64,000 bases of DNA from IMG/VR virus record IMGVR_UViG_3300032292_000703, positions 2,964 through 66,963 of that record; one strand, written 5' to 3'. The position numbers and the translations under genes are program-made. The notes beneath the pieces were generated by a model. It was not told the DNA's origin and did no database searches. It saw only the letters and a program-made list of their open reading frames with translations. Origin of the DNA: a virus (lineage: Duplodnaviria; Caudoviricetes). Below are positions 17,960-28,835 of this stretch, one piece after another. How positions within the stretch are numbered: position 1 is the stretch's first letter; every line of letters starts with the position of its first letter.

Positions 17960-19755
17960 TCACAGAAACACAAAGTTCATTTAAACGGGATGGATCATAT
18001 GATAATCAATTTGACGAATTTGGTAATTTGATTATTGTCGATTCTACTGAGAAATATTTTGCAGTTACATTAACTCCAGATGTTTACGAAGTTAACTCTA
18101 TAACCAACGTCTACGATATCAATATCTCCGAGTTCAAAGATATTGAACCAAAAGAAGACGTAAAAGTTACTACGCTCAAATCTGAGAAAAAGACACTTCA
18201 AGATAAAATCACCACTTTAACTACCGAATTGTCTAAAATTAGCAATTCGTCGGGTAAAGATGCATTGATTTCTGCTAGTAAAGATACCATCATTCAGTTG
18301 CGTATTAAAGCCGGAGAAGGTAAAACGGTTAGTGATTTTAACACCGTGTTTCCATATCTTCCATTGAAATCTCAAGACGCAATTCAATCCGATGCATCAT
18401 CTACAGGATTGGGATCTGACACAGCAAATACTAGTACCACAGACGTTGTTACTGCACAATCTAATACGGTGTCTACAACATTAACTGGTGCTCAAGCTGG
18501 TTTGATACCATCAGAACAGTGTCAACGTCAACAAGATATTCAGCTTTCTCCACCATTGGAGTTTTTGGTTCCTGCTCCTACCACATTGAAGCCGGTTACA
18601 CCAGTTTCAATGCCTGTAACTACTTTGGCGGTCACACCTTCACTTCCTGTACATCAATTGGCGGTACAAAAGGTTATACCACAATCAGTTACATGCGTTG
18701 AGAAGTATTATCCATTTGGTAAATATGATAAAATCTGGCCAAGTTATGGTGTTGGTAAGAGTCCAATGATGTATAGTTACGGCGTATATAGTGAAAAGGT
18801 TGGAGAGTCATTTCAAGTTGAATCATCCGATACATTGTCATACCAAGTTTATATTCCTACAACTGGAACCTATACATTAAAATACTCAGTTGATAATTCT
18901 GGATATATGGCAATTGACGGAACACGTTACGTTGATTTGACCAAGATTACAGCTCAATCACCTTACGCATCACAGTTAGAAAATTATCAAAGTGATCATC
19001 CAACAACTGTTCAGTTAACTGAAGGATGGAAGACTGTTGATTTGTTCTATAAGAACTGGGGCGGTCCACATTCAGTTGCCGCTTTGATTTCGTATGAAGG
19101 TCGTATTATATGGACAAGTCGTGATGCATATAATAAAAAAGATTATGAGGAATGTTCCGGTGGAAGAAACCAAAAACCAACTCCGATACAACAACCATCG
19201 GAAGATTGTGTCAATCCACAAACCATATTTAAGTTTACTGGCAATGTAGATCATACATTACGTATTACATTACGTGGAACTAATGTCACCTATTCAAATG
19301 AACAGTATCGTGGTATATTACCAAGAACTGTCAGTGAGGTTGTTAACAACGGCGTTGGTCCATATAATACTAATTTGACTATCAAATGGAACGGACGTGG
19401 ATCTGTACAAATTAGTCAACAACCAAATTCTTCTAATAACTATACGGCTATAATTGATATTTTTGATGGAAGAGGTAGTGAAGGATCTTATAATATTGAG
19501 ATTCTTCAACTTAAATGTTCAAAATCATTAAGAGATAATGACGATCCAGTCTCAGTGAATAGATCATTACGCTGGAGTGATTGGCTTCTTGGAAAATTAA
19601 CCGCTGGAACTAAAACTGGACTTAATCTTTCGGATAAACAAAAAACGGCTCTAATAAATGGTATAAGTCCAGCTCAGTACGAACAGTATAAACAACAATG
19701 GAATAGATTTAATGCTGGGAATAACGCTTCCGGCAATTCAAGTCTAAAACGTTAA
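17956..19755 (+). CDS. Virion protein with a coiled coil, Pro/Thr linker and PA14-like beta-sandwich
   Basis: VDNSGYMAIDG...LTEGWKTVDLFYKNWGG resembles PA14/GLEYA carbohydrate-binding domains. Confidence 0.6.
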   Translation: MITETQSSFKRDGSYDNQFDEFGNLIIVDSTEKYFAVTLTPDVYEVNSITNVYDINISEFKDIEPKEDVKVTTLKSEKKTLQDKITTLTTELSKISNSSGKDALISASKDTIIQLRIKAGEGKTVSDFNTVFPYLPLKSQDAIQSDASSTGLGSDTANTSTTDVVTAQSNTVSTTLTGAQAGLIPSEQCQRQQDIQLSPPLEFLVPAPTTLKPVTPVSMPVTTLAVTPSLPVHQLAVQKVIPQSVTCVEKYYPFGKYDKIWPSYGVGKSPMMYSYGVYSEKVGESFQVESSDTLSYQVYIPTTGTYTLKYSVDNSGYMAIDGTRYVDLTKITAQSPYASQLENYQSDHPTTVQLTEGWKTVDLFYKNWGGPHSVAALISYEGRIIWTSRDAYNKKDYEECSGGRNQKPTPIQQPSEDCVNPQTIFKFTGNVDHTLRITLRGTNVTYSNEQYRGILPRTVSEVVNNGVGPYNTNLTIKWNGRGSVQISQQPNSSNNYTAIIDIFDGRGSEGSYNIEILQLKCSKSLRDNDDPVSVNRSLRWSDWLLGKLTAGTKTGLNLSDKQKTALINGISPAQYEQYKQQWNRFNAGNNASGNSSLKR

Positions 19756-19837
19756 ACGTATAAATTATATGGAAATTGAATAACATTGGAAATGTAATAG
19801 TTAAGAACCTTCTTCGTTGATATATATTGATAGTCAT

Positions 19838-22800
19838 ATGGCATATCCGTTTCCAACTACGACAGATTATGTAGATCAGGTAAATAGTTCGTCCTATTTT
19901 TCTGCCGAGATTTCTTCTTTAATGAAGAAGGTTCCACCGTCACCCGAAAGGTTTTATGGATCACAGATTGACGATTATATTGAATTGTCAGTGTTCGATT
20001 CTCAAGAAAATCTTAATCTTTGGCAACCAGTTTATCAAGACGAAACATTTCAGTCTCGTACAATTGAATATCAAGATATTCAAAACAGTACGATTTCGGT
20101 TACATATGATGAGTTTATACCAACATTTACGTTGTATGAAAATGCAAAGATTTTGTTGGATCCACGTTTAGATTTGGCAAAATACGGTATACAAAATGGC
20201 AGTTACCGAGTTGTATATAACTTTTTGTCAAACATTGTCGGAACATATGACAAACAATGTTTTGTTATAAAACAGATTTCACCGACACGTAAGGAAATCA
20301 AAACATCATTGATTTTGGAAAAGGAAAACTTTAATGATCAAGATAAGATTGATTTTCAAAGTGAATATGATTGTTATGTCAGTGGGAAAATTGAGGCGCG
20401 TGATATTATTCCGTATTTCGAATATTATCTTAAACAAACTTATTTGTTAAACTTTGTTAACGGTACTCCTGATGATGTTTTAAATACATTCGATAAAGCG
20501 TATGCGGTTATCGGTGGTGATGGATTGTATAAGTTGATGAACGAAATCTATAATGGTTTCGTCATTCCGGCCAATTCTGTCAATAATTTACCTAAGGATA
20601 TTAGATTCATTGGTATTGCTGATTATATCAAAACATTCTTGTATGAAAATTACGCAGAGTGTTATACATCAGATCAATATTCAAAAATTTTGGACACTAT
20701 TGTGTCTGAGACAATTAAGATCAGACTAAAAAACATTCACGACGTTGATAACAACGACACGTTGGTTTGTTACTCTTACTTGTACACGATTTTTAACCAA
20801 CAGATTCAACAATACTTTATTGATATTAAGTCAGAGTACGATAAAAAGTATGTTGGTCCTTTGAAGAATTCTATCAATTTTGGTCAGAATCAGATGATTA
20901 AGATTCTGTCACAAAAACAATTTTCAGATGGAACTCTTGTAATCAAGTTACAAGAAGCTCTACCAAATACAATTGGTGTTAACAGCACTTTTTGGATTGT
21001 AAATACTTCTTTGAGTCCGGTTGTACAGGATATTGTATTGGTAACTATTCCGAAGTATAACACGTTTGCTATCAAACCTGCAAATTTAAATTTGAAGGTT
21101 AATGATAAAAAAACATCTCTTTCAGTAGAATATACTTTAACTGATTCAACTAACGTAGAAGATGTCGATTTGATTTTGAAACAACGTTTTTCAAATATCA
21201 ATGTAGACTATACTAATTTTCAGAATTTCATTGTATACTCCTCAGCAAAAACTCGCATCATTATTTACAAGAATAAGTTGATGTCAATCAAATCTAAAAA
21301 TTCATCTATTGATGAATTGAATGCTGCTTCATACTCTGATCAATATACTGTACAGAAAATTGAACAGTTGACGGGTGAAATCAATGATATCAAACTTTCG
21401 TTTGATGGGTTTGAGTACTATTTGTGGACCAACGATTTGTACAACAATGTGGATCGTTTTCCTCAATCATATGAAGATGAAGCTGATGAATATGATGCAA
21501 ATAACAGAGACAATTTGATTAACAATCTGCCAACGTATCTTTTGTCAGATGTAAATAACGACGACTTTTTGATTTTCCTATCCATGATAGGTCATCATTT
21601 TGATAACATTTATATCTACATTGATAAGTTCCCGATGTTGTCATTCAATAACTCCGGTGTAAATACAACTATTCCAAACAAAGTGTTGGATGGTCTATTG
21701 TCATCATTTGGTTGGAAAATGCAATCGTCGGTCAATGATGCAACATTGTTGTCTAATTACATTGCTGGAACCAATTATGCGTCTATCGCTGATAAAACCA
21801 ACATAATTAACAATCGTATTTTAAACAGTCTTCCTGCTATATTAAAGGCAAAAGGAACGGTTGAAAGTGTTAAATTGTTATTGGCATGTTACGGTGTTCC
21901 CAATAATATCATCAACGTAAGAGAGTTTGGAGCATACTCAGATGTATCACAGTCAAGATATACCTTTGACAAGAATGTATATTTATTAAACCTTAACCCA
22001 CAATCTTATATACTCACTCCTTACAGTGAAGATATTGATACTGTAGAGTTTAAGTTTGCATTTAGCAACAGATATAGCAAAATGTATGGTCAATTGACCA
22101 AAATTGATTTGCTTAGAAAGTATCCAGATGGTTCGTCTGGTTATGACTACAGAGTTTATGCATATAAAGAATCGTTGAACGATAACGGCAAAATTGTATT
22201 TGAAATCGGGGATGAAGAAATTTACTCTGATTCTTTGCCAATTTTTGATGGAAACGTATATAGCGTGATGATACGTAAAAATCATCCATCATCATACTAT
22301 TCACAATCTGCAAACATTGACGAAATGCCCACCATGTATGATTTGGTTGTGACGATCAATGATGAGGGTGAAAACAGATTAAAGTCGATCAATTCACAAT
22401 TGTTTGAATATCAACAAAATGTATCGTTCAGAAGCGGTACAGCTAAGTTTTTGAAGTTGGGATCTACAGATTTTAGTGGGTCAATTGATAAATTGAACCT
22501 ATGGAAAGTTCCAATTTCGTTTGACAATCTCACTGAACACGCTAATAACTTTGATTCATACTACGAAACAAATGACGCATTCATAAGAGACAATCTGTAT
22601 TTTAGATTGGCTTATAATTATCCACGTCAATTGAGTACGTCGGTTGAAACATACACATACGAGAAGAGTGGGTCAATGCCTGGTGGAACTGCATTGTATG
22701 CCTATTTGTACAATCTCCCAACTGTATCTGTTGGATCTGAAACGACATACAACTCGTTGTCTGAAAATCCAGATTTGTACGATGATACGTTGGTCATACG

Positions 22801-24112
22801 TTCAATGTATTCTGGTAGTTATTCTACCAGTTCGTTATATCCATATGCAAATGTATGTCTTGGCGAAGTATCTTCTGCGTTTCCATACAACTTTATTGAG
22901 TACAGTGTTAATCAGTCTTACAGAATGTCAAACTATGGTCCTAACTTGTTGTGGAACAACAAGATTGCAGTGAAGGATCATCACAACACTTCTGCTTTAA
23001 CACCGTTCGATAAAAATACTCCATTTAATACAGATACAGATTCACCGTTGGTAGGCATCTTTATGTCACCGGTATCAAGTAAGAATGAAGAAATCTTGAG
23101 ATACTTTGGTAACAAAGATGTTGTTGGAGAGTTGGGCGATCCACGTCAAGAGTTTTCTTCAAGTTATTCAGTATTGGAAGATATGAGAGCATCATATTAT
23201 TCTGATGGATCGCCAAAAGCAAGTGGACGAATTTTGTATCAAGAGTTTACTAGTATTTATAAGTTGTACTTTGATTCTAGTATTTTTGAATCGATTCGAA
23301 ATGTGGTAGCTGCTCGTAATCAATTGTTAAACGGCATTTTGATTGAACCAACAATTTTGGAAAGAATCAAGTTTCCTCTTAAGCCAATTGATAGTGAAAT
23401 CGTAGAAGAAACTGTAGAATTTACAAATTTAGTAAGATCCAGTTCTGCTGATAACGTTACTGTTTGGAGAAACGATCAATACCAAACACAAACTTCTAGC
23501 AGTTTTGGTCAGTTTGTTGATAAGAAATCCATATCAGCATATCCTGTATCACAGTCATTGATATTGCAAAACAACTTCCAAGGAACATACAGTTATATTA
23601 ATGATGTAACTTCATATGAAGAATTGTGGGTTGAAAGTACATTGGACTCGGGTACAGGATTTGGTATTATCTATGTTGATGTGTTAGGTTCTGGATCAAA
23701 CTATGAAAACATTTCAGAGTCAGTTCCACATTATACATGGATGATTCCATATAGTGCTTCCGTACAAGAATACAACTTTATGGGTACAATCGACTCATAT
23801 ACGAAGATTTTGAACAAACTTTCAATTGCCAAAAAGGATACGTACAGTGCATATCCGTATGAACCAGCCACGATTTTTAGAGGATCAACTCAAAATTTCT
23901 TGGGAACCAGACACAATCCTATTCGGTGGGATTTGAGTATTGCTGTATCTGATGATGGCGTCAAATACGGATATTTTGTTAAATCAAAACAGACTACTAA
24001 TTATACTGTGGATTCATGTGGCAACCCAGATAAGAGTTTGCCAGTAATTAGTACCGTTGTAACTAATACTTCTATATCAACAGGAAACAACGGAGTTTTG
24101 ACAGTTCAGTAA
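19838..24112 (+). CDS. Large baseplate wedge/tail protein (gp7-/P2 gpI-like)
   Basis: About 1424 aa; FLSMIGHHFDNI...LLSSFGW...ILKAKGTVESVKLLLACYG is a Tail_P2_I-like core; start at the ATG 19838. Confidence 0.7.
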   Translation: MAYPFPTTTDYVDQVNSSSYFSAEISSLMKKVPPSPERFYGSQIDDYIELSVFDSQENLNLWQPVYQDETFQSRTIEYQDIQNSTISVTYDEFIPTFTLYENAKILLDPRLDLAKYGIQNGSYRVVYNFLSNIVGTYDKQCFVIKQISPTRKEIKTSLILEKENFNDQDKIDFQSEYDCYVSGKIEARDIIPYFEYYLKQTYLLNFVNGTPDDVLNTFDKAYAVIGGDGLYKLMNEIYNGFVIPANSVNNLPKDIRFIGIADYIKTFLYENYAECYTSDQYSKILDTIVSETIKIRLKNIHDVDNNDTLVCYSYLYTIFNQQIQQYFIDIKSEYDKKYVGPLKNSINFGQNQMIKILSQKQFSDGTLVIKLQEALPNTIGVNSTFWIVNTSLSPVVQDIVLVTIPKYNTFAIKPANLNLKVNDKKTSLSVEYTLTDSTNVEDVDLILKQRFSNINVDYTNFQNFIVYSSAKTRIIIYKNKLMSIKSKNSSIDELNAASYSDQYTVQKIEQLTGEINDIKLSFDGFEYYLWTNDLYNNVDRFPQSYEDEADEYDANNRDNLINNLPTYLLSDVNNDDFLIFLSMIGHHFDNIYIYIDKFPMLSFNNSGVNTTIPNKVLDGLLSSFGWKMQSSVNDATLLSNYIAGTNYASIADKTNIINNRILNSLPAILKAKGTVESVKLLLACYGVPNNIINVREFGAYSDVSQSRYTFDKNVYLLNLNPQSYILTPYSEDIDTVEFKFAFSNRYSKMYGQLTKIDLLRKYPDGSSGYDYRVYAYKESLNDNGKIVFEIGDEEIYSDSLPIFDGNVYSVMIRKNHPSSYYSQSANIDEMPTMYDLVVTINDEGENRLKSINSQLFEYQQNVSFRSGTAKFLKLGSTDFSGSIDKLNLWKVPISFDNLTEHANNFDSYYETNDAFIRDNLYFRLAYNYPRQLSTSVETYTYEKSGSMPGGTALYAYLYNLPTVSVGSETTYNSLSENPDLYDDTLVIRSMYSGSYSTSSLYPYANVCLGEVSSAFPYNFIEYSVNQSYRMSNYGPNLLWNNKIAVKDHHNTSALTPFDKNTPFNTDTDSPLVGIFMSPVSSKNEEILRYFGNKDVVGELGDPRQEFSSSYSVLEDMRASYYSDGSPKASGRILYQEFTSIYKLYFDSSIFESIRNVVAARNQLLNGILIEPTILERIKFPLKPIDSEIVEETVEFTNLVRSSSADNVTVWRNDQYQTQTSSSFGQFVDKKSISAYPVSQSLILQNNFQGTYSYINDVTSYEELWVESTLDSGTGFGIIYVDVLGSGSNYENISESVPHYTWMIPYSASVQEYNFMGTIDSYTKILNKLSIAKKDTYSAYPYEPATIFRGSTQNFLGTRHNPIRWDLSIAVSDDGVKYGYFVKSKQTTNYTVDSCGNPDKSLPVISTVVTNTSISTGNNGVLTVQ

Positions 24113-24167
24113 AAAATAATAAATAAAAAGACAGGTAAAACAATACTTATAGAAAAGAAAAACACAT

Positions 24168-24800
24168 ATGGCATACGTAGATAACAAAACTATAACTGTA
24201 GATGCAGTTCTAACAAAAAGAGGAAGAGAACTGTTGGCACAGACCGGTAATTTGAATATTACTTCATTTGCTCTTGCCGATGATGAAGTTGATTACAACT
24301 TGTACAATCCAAATCATCCACAGGGAAGTGCATACTACGATATCGCCATTAGAAACACACCAGTGTTTCAACCACTGTCTGACGAAACTCAGACAATGAA
24401 GTACAAGTTGGTCACACTTGCACAGGGTGTAACATCGATACCTGTAATTAGTTTGAACATTCAATCGATTGACGTTCAAAAGGATAACAAGTCTGATAAC
24501 GTTATTTCGCCAACAACAAATCCAGCATACAATTTGACTTTGGGTTATACTGCCATTTTGTCAAACAAGAAGTTAGGAACCTTGGTTGTAGATCAAACCA
24601 ATTCAGCAAATACCAGTACCAGTACGGTGCCTTCATTTGCTAATGACTTGATCAGTACCACATCGCAGGTTGTAGTTGGAAATAGATTTAAGTTCATTCC
24701 AAACACCTCATTGACAGTAACAACATCTGCTACAATTACGGTGGTAGGAAACGAAAGTGGTGGATCTATTACTATTCCAGTAACAGTGAGAATTTCTTAA
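24168..24800 (+). CDS. Baseplate/tail-fibre attachment structural protein
   Basis: VDAVLTKRGRELLA...ITSFALADDEVDY motif; TACTTATA at 24144-24151. Confidence 0.65.
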   Translation: MAYVDNKTITVDAVLTKRGRELLAQTGNLNITSFALADDEVDYNLYNPNHPQGSAYYDIAIRNTPVFQPLSDETQTMKYKLVTLAQGVTSIPVISLNIQSIDVQKDNKSDNVISPTTNPAYNLTLGYTAILSNKKLGTLVVDQTNSANTSTSTVPSFANDLISTTSQVVVGNRFKFIPNTSLTVTTSATITVVGNESGGSITIPVTVRIS

Positions 24801-24804
24801 TTAT

Positions 24805-26043
24805 ATGATTTATAAACAATTTGAACAATCTGATATTGTTGCCGGAAGATCTACCAAGGTATCGACTGGTCTGTTTAGTACTGGTTCACTGTTTCAGATA
24901 CAAAGCAGTGTAGCAACAGGAAGTCTTCAAGCCACCATTTCTGGCTCCAATAGATACGACGTATATAATGGATATTATTACTTGGATGTGTATCCTACTT
25001 TAGGTGCTACATCAAGTTCTAATGATGCATTGTTTAGTATTGCATATGGTAATGCAAATGGTTACGCAACCAGTTACGATGAGTATACAAACATCAAGGT
25101 CAGTCCAACCAAAGCTATTTGGTCACAGTATGTTAACATCTTGAACAACGGTGAATCCTTTGCTGTCAAGTCACAAACGTCGCCAGCATCATCTGTGACA
25201 TCGGTATCTCTTTCAACGGATTTTGTTGTGTTGTCATTCAATTCTCAAAAACTCCGAGATGGTATTGACGCTGGGCAATTTCAACTAACACTAAAGAATG
25301 ATGCTAGTGCTAGTGCTCAATATGTTCGTTTAATCGATGATTCTTCAATTACTGCCCAAAGCGGATCTGCTGGATATTACAATTTGATCTTGGGTCAATA
25401 CGATGAAACCACGGGTGCTGCGTCATACAATAACTACACATCACTAGCAACTGGATTGTTGAGTAGTGCTGGTACTGCAAATTATACTGGTGATAAGAGT
25501 GTTGCACAATATCATCCTACAACCGGTATTGGATTGGTATTTCCTAAGGCGGGTATTGTGATTTTGAATGCTGAATTTTTGAATTCAGTAACTTCAACCA
25601 CTGCAAAAATTACGATTCCAAGTACCGGAACAAGCGGTAATGCTCGTACAAATGCCCCTGCTGCCGGAACGTATTTGAACAACCAATTGTATAAAGAAGC
25701 GGTGTATAATCTTATACGTGCATCATCTGATAATATGCGGATAAGACGTAGTGAATACGTTCCTTCACGTCACTATTTTGTACGTGTAAAGAATCGTGAT
25801 TTTAACTATAGTAACAATCCTACGTTTACGTATTCTACAGCTACAACTGATGCTGTTACTGGTGAAATTCGTCAACGTGGTGATATTAAACAATCAGACT
25901 TTTTGACTGATCCAAAAGTGTATCCTACTTCAGTTGGATTGTATAATAGCAACAATGAACTTGTTGCCGTCGCTAAATTGAGTAGACCAGCACAAAAGAC
26001 CTTCTCTAATGAACTTTTGATCAAAGTACGCCTGGATTTCTAA
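24805..26043 (+). CDS. Baseplate/tail-collar-like structural protein
   Basis: C-terminal PTSVGLYNSNNELVAVAKLSRP resembles the tail-collar/fibre-attachment motif (..GL.D..G.L.AVA). Confidence 0.65.
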   Translation: MIYKQFEQSDIVAGRSTKVSTGLFSTGSLFQIQSSVATGSLQATISGSNRYDVYNGYYYLDVYPTLGATSSSNDALFSIAYGNANGYATSYDEYTNIKVSPTKAIWSQYVNILNNGESFAVKSQTSPASSVTSVSLSTDFVVLSFNSQKLRDGIDAGQFQLTLKNDASASAQYVRLIDDSSITAQSGSAGYYNLILGQYDETTGAASYNNYTSLATGLLSSAGTANYTGDKSVAQYHPTTGIGLVFPKAGIVILNAEFLNSVTSTTAKITIPSTGTSGNARTNAPAAGTYLNNQLYKEAVYNLIRASSDNMRIRRSEYVPSRHYFVRVKNRDFNYSNNPTFTYSTATTDAVTGEIRQRGDIKQSDFLTDPKVYPTSVGLYNSNNELVAVAKLSRPAQKTFSNELLIKVRLDF

Positions 26044-26047
26044 TTCA

Positions 26048-28831
26048 ATGATAAAGTCTATACAGTCTAATGAGATTTTCAATACACCTTTTAGTTCGAA
26101 CAAATCATGGACACTAAGTGCTTCCAGTTCGGTCCAAACGGTGGAAGAAGGTTTTTTTGTCAGTAGTAGTTATAACTTTTTTGATTCTGCATCAGCTGCT
26201 CAGTATGGATTCGTTGTTGATGAACAAAATACAAACGGATCGTATAAACGACTCGTTTATCAATTGGTAAAAAATGCGTATTACAATCCAAACATAGCGC
26301 AGTCATTTGGATTGGAAACGACAGATACCGATAAAGTTGTAAAAATACTACAAAATACTTGTGTAAGAATTACTTTGCCACGAATCTATTTTGGCGAATC
26401 AATATTACGTGATTCTGTTCTTTTGATTGATCGTTCCAAAGATAAAGACTATACAATTTATGATGATACATACGGTAACTTGTATGTTGATGGAACGCAT
26501 TTTATAGACTATACCGATACTACCTCTAGTTTGTATCCATCTCCAACTGTTAATTTTACAGCAACACCTCTTTCAGGATTTGCACCGTTTTCAACAACAT
26601 TTACTCCTATTGTGTCCGGAAACGTCACCGAATATTTATGGGATCTTGGAGATGGTAATACATCCACTTCATCAACCTCATTTACCCACGTATATGTTGA
26701 ACCTGGCACATATACCATTTCACTTACTGCCACTGGATTTGGTGGAACATCTAAAAAAACCAGAATAGGCTATATTACTGCTAACGCTGTAGTACCAGTT
26801 CCAGTCGTGAGTTTCACCGGAACTCCATTAAGTGGATATATTCCACTTTCTGTTACGTTCGATAACAACACAACGGGTGCGTCATCTTATGTGTGGACAT
26901 TCGGAGATTTGTCAGGAAGCGTATCTGAAAATCCAACTCATATTTATACATCTGCTGGTATTTACGACGTAACATTAACTGCACTTAATGCAGGCGGAAG
27001 TACGACATTAACAATTCCTTCGTACATTACTGCATTGACGGTTCCAACTCCAACTGTCGATTTCGATCAGACTCCTATTACGGGTATCTACGCTTCTATT
27101 ACGACAATTACTTTCACGAATTTAACAACGGGCGTTGGTCCAATTACTTACTTGTGGGATTTTGGAGATTCAACCACAAGCACGTCAGAAAATCCAACTC
27201 ACGTATATTCTACGTCAGGAACTTACACAGTAACACTTACTGCAACAAATGCAGGTGGAAGCGGTACAAAGGTTAAGACCAACATAATTAATGTTTCATC
27301 CGCTATTGTTCCAGTTGCTTCGTTTACATTAACACCGTCCGTAGGAGACATTCCCCTTTCAGTTGCATTCACGAATACAACATCAGAGAATGCTGTATTC
27401 AACCCATATAGTTGGGCATGGAATTTTGGAGATACAAACACAAGCACCAGTAAAAATCCATCACCAAATACATATTCAACTAAAGGAACCTATACAGTTT
27501 CATTGACCGCCACAAACGTTGCTGGTTCATCGACTCCTGCTACAACAACGGTTACTGCATATGATCCAGCGGATAGATTAGATTATAGTCCATCAACTCA
27601 ATTGATGAATTGGAGCACTGATGGTGGTGGAATTCTCATTTCTAATTCTAATGTCACTTTGGCAAATTTTAAATCTATTATTGATCCTTCAAACATAAAG
27701 GCTATTAAGATAGATTCTACCGTCGATCCAATTACGACAATATCAAATACGAACTATTATACATCATTAGAATATTTGGGTATAGAAAATCAAGCGTTAA
27801 CATCAATTAGTGGAATTGGTGTGACGGGATTAACTTCTCTTTCGTTGAAAAATAATGCTTCATTGAGTTCTGTCACAATCACAGATCTTCCAAATTTAAC
27901 ATACATTAATTTGGATAACAACGCTCTGGCCGGTACATTGAATTTAAGCTCCAGAACTCCATTGACGTTATTATCTGTAGCAAATAATGCTATTACTGCT
28001 TTAAATGTTACCGGAAATACATCGTTGACAACGTTGTACACATATTTGTGTTCTAACTTGACACAAATCACGGGATTGACCAGTTGTACTGCATTAAATG
28101 TATTGCAAGTTTGGAACTGTGATTTGCGTGGAACCGGACCAACTCCATTTGATGTTAGTACGTTAACTAATTTGATCATTTTACAGGTTAGTGGAAATGC
28201 AAATCTTGGTGTGTTGGATGTAACTAACAATACAAAATTGAGACAGTTGTATTGTCAAGATGACGGGTTATCGTCAATCGATGTAAGTAATAACACTGAG
28301 TTACAAGCTTTGGCTATAAATGGCAATTCGTTGACTTCTTTGGATTTATCAAATAATACAAATTTGACGTTCCTGTATATGTATGCAAACACTAGTGTTG
28401 GTATACCCACAGGATTTAGTGGTTTGACAAAATTGAAAAACTTGGCAATAGCACAATGTGGAATTACGGTTCCGATTGATTGTACACCATTTGTTGATTT
28501 GGAGACGTTCTCATGTGGTGATAGTGATACTAATGTTCCGTCGGTTAACTTAAGCACATGTACCAAGTTGAAAGATATTGTGATAACCAAGTGTTCATTA
28601 ATAACCACATTTAATTTACCAGCAAACGTACCTCAATTGAAATCGGTTTACGGATATCAATGTGCGTTGACCGTTACTGAGGTCAATAGTATTTTAACTA
28701 AATTGGATGCTAATGGAATCACAGGCGGACAAGTTCAATTGTGGGGTGGAACAAATGCTGCTCCTACAGGAGTTGGTATTACAGCCAAGAACAATTTGTT
28801 GGCAAAAGGTTGGACGGTAGATACAAACTAA
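26048..28831 (+). CDS. Adhesin-like virion protein: baseplate-type N-terminus, four PKD domains, leucine-rich repeats
   Basis: Four W(D/T/N)(L/F)GD PKD motifs with Y...GTY.V.LTA; LxxLxLxNNxLxxL repeats at ~27740-28700. Confidence 0.85.
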   Translation: MIKSIQSNEIFNTPFSSNKSWTLSASSSVQTVEEGFFVSSSYNFFDSASAAQYGFVVDEQNTNGSYKRLVYQLVKNAYYNPNIAQSFGLETTDTDKVVKILQNTCVRITLPRIYFGESILRDSVLLIDRSKDKDYTIYDDTYGNLYVDGTHFIDYTDTTSSLYPSPTVNFTATPLSGFAPFSTTFTPIVSGNVTEYLWDLGDGNTSTSSTSFTHVYVEPGTYTISLTATGFGGTSKKTRIGYITANAVVPVPVVSFTGTPLSGYIPLSVTFDNNTTGASSYVWTFGDLSGSVSENPTHIYTSAGIYDVTLTALNAGGSTTLTIPSYITALTVPTPTVDFDQTPITGIYASITTITFTNLTTGVGPITYLWDFGDSTTSTSENPTHVYSTSGTYTVTLTATNAGGSGTKVKTNIINVSSAIVPVASFTLTPSVGDIPLSVAFTNTTSENAVFNPYSWAWNFGDTNTSTSKNPSPNTYSTKGTYTVSLTATNVAGSSTPATTTVTAYDPADRLDYSPSTQLMNWSTDGGGILISNSNVTLANFKSIIDPSNIKAIKIDSTVDPITTISNTNYYTSLEYLGIENQALTSISGIGVTGLTSLSLKNNASLSSVTITDLPNLTYINLDNNALAGTLNLSSRTPLTLLSVANNAITALNVTGNTSLTTLYTYLCSNLTQITGLTSCTALNVLQVWNCDLRGTGPTPFDVSTLTNLIILQVSGNANLGVLDVTNNTKLRQLYCQDDGLSSIDVSNNTELQALAINGNSLTSLDLSNNTNLTFLYMYANTSVGIPTGFSGLTKLKNLAIAQCGITVPIDCTPFVDLETFSCGDSDTNVPSVNLSTCTKLKDIVITKCSLITTFNLPANVPQLKSVYGYQCALTVTEVNSILTKLDANGITGGQVQLWGGTNAAPTGVGITAKNNLLAKGWTVDTN

Positions 28832-28835
28832 TTTT

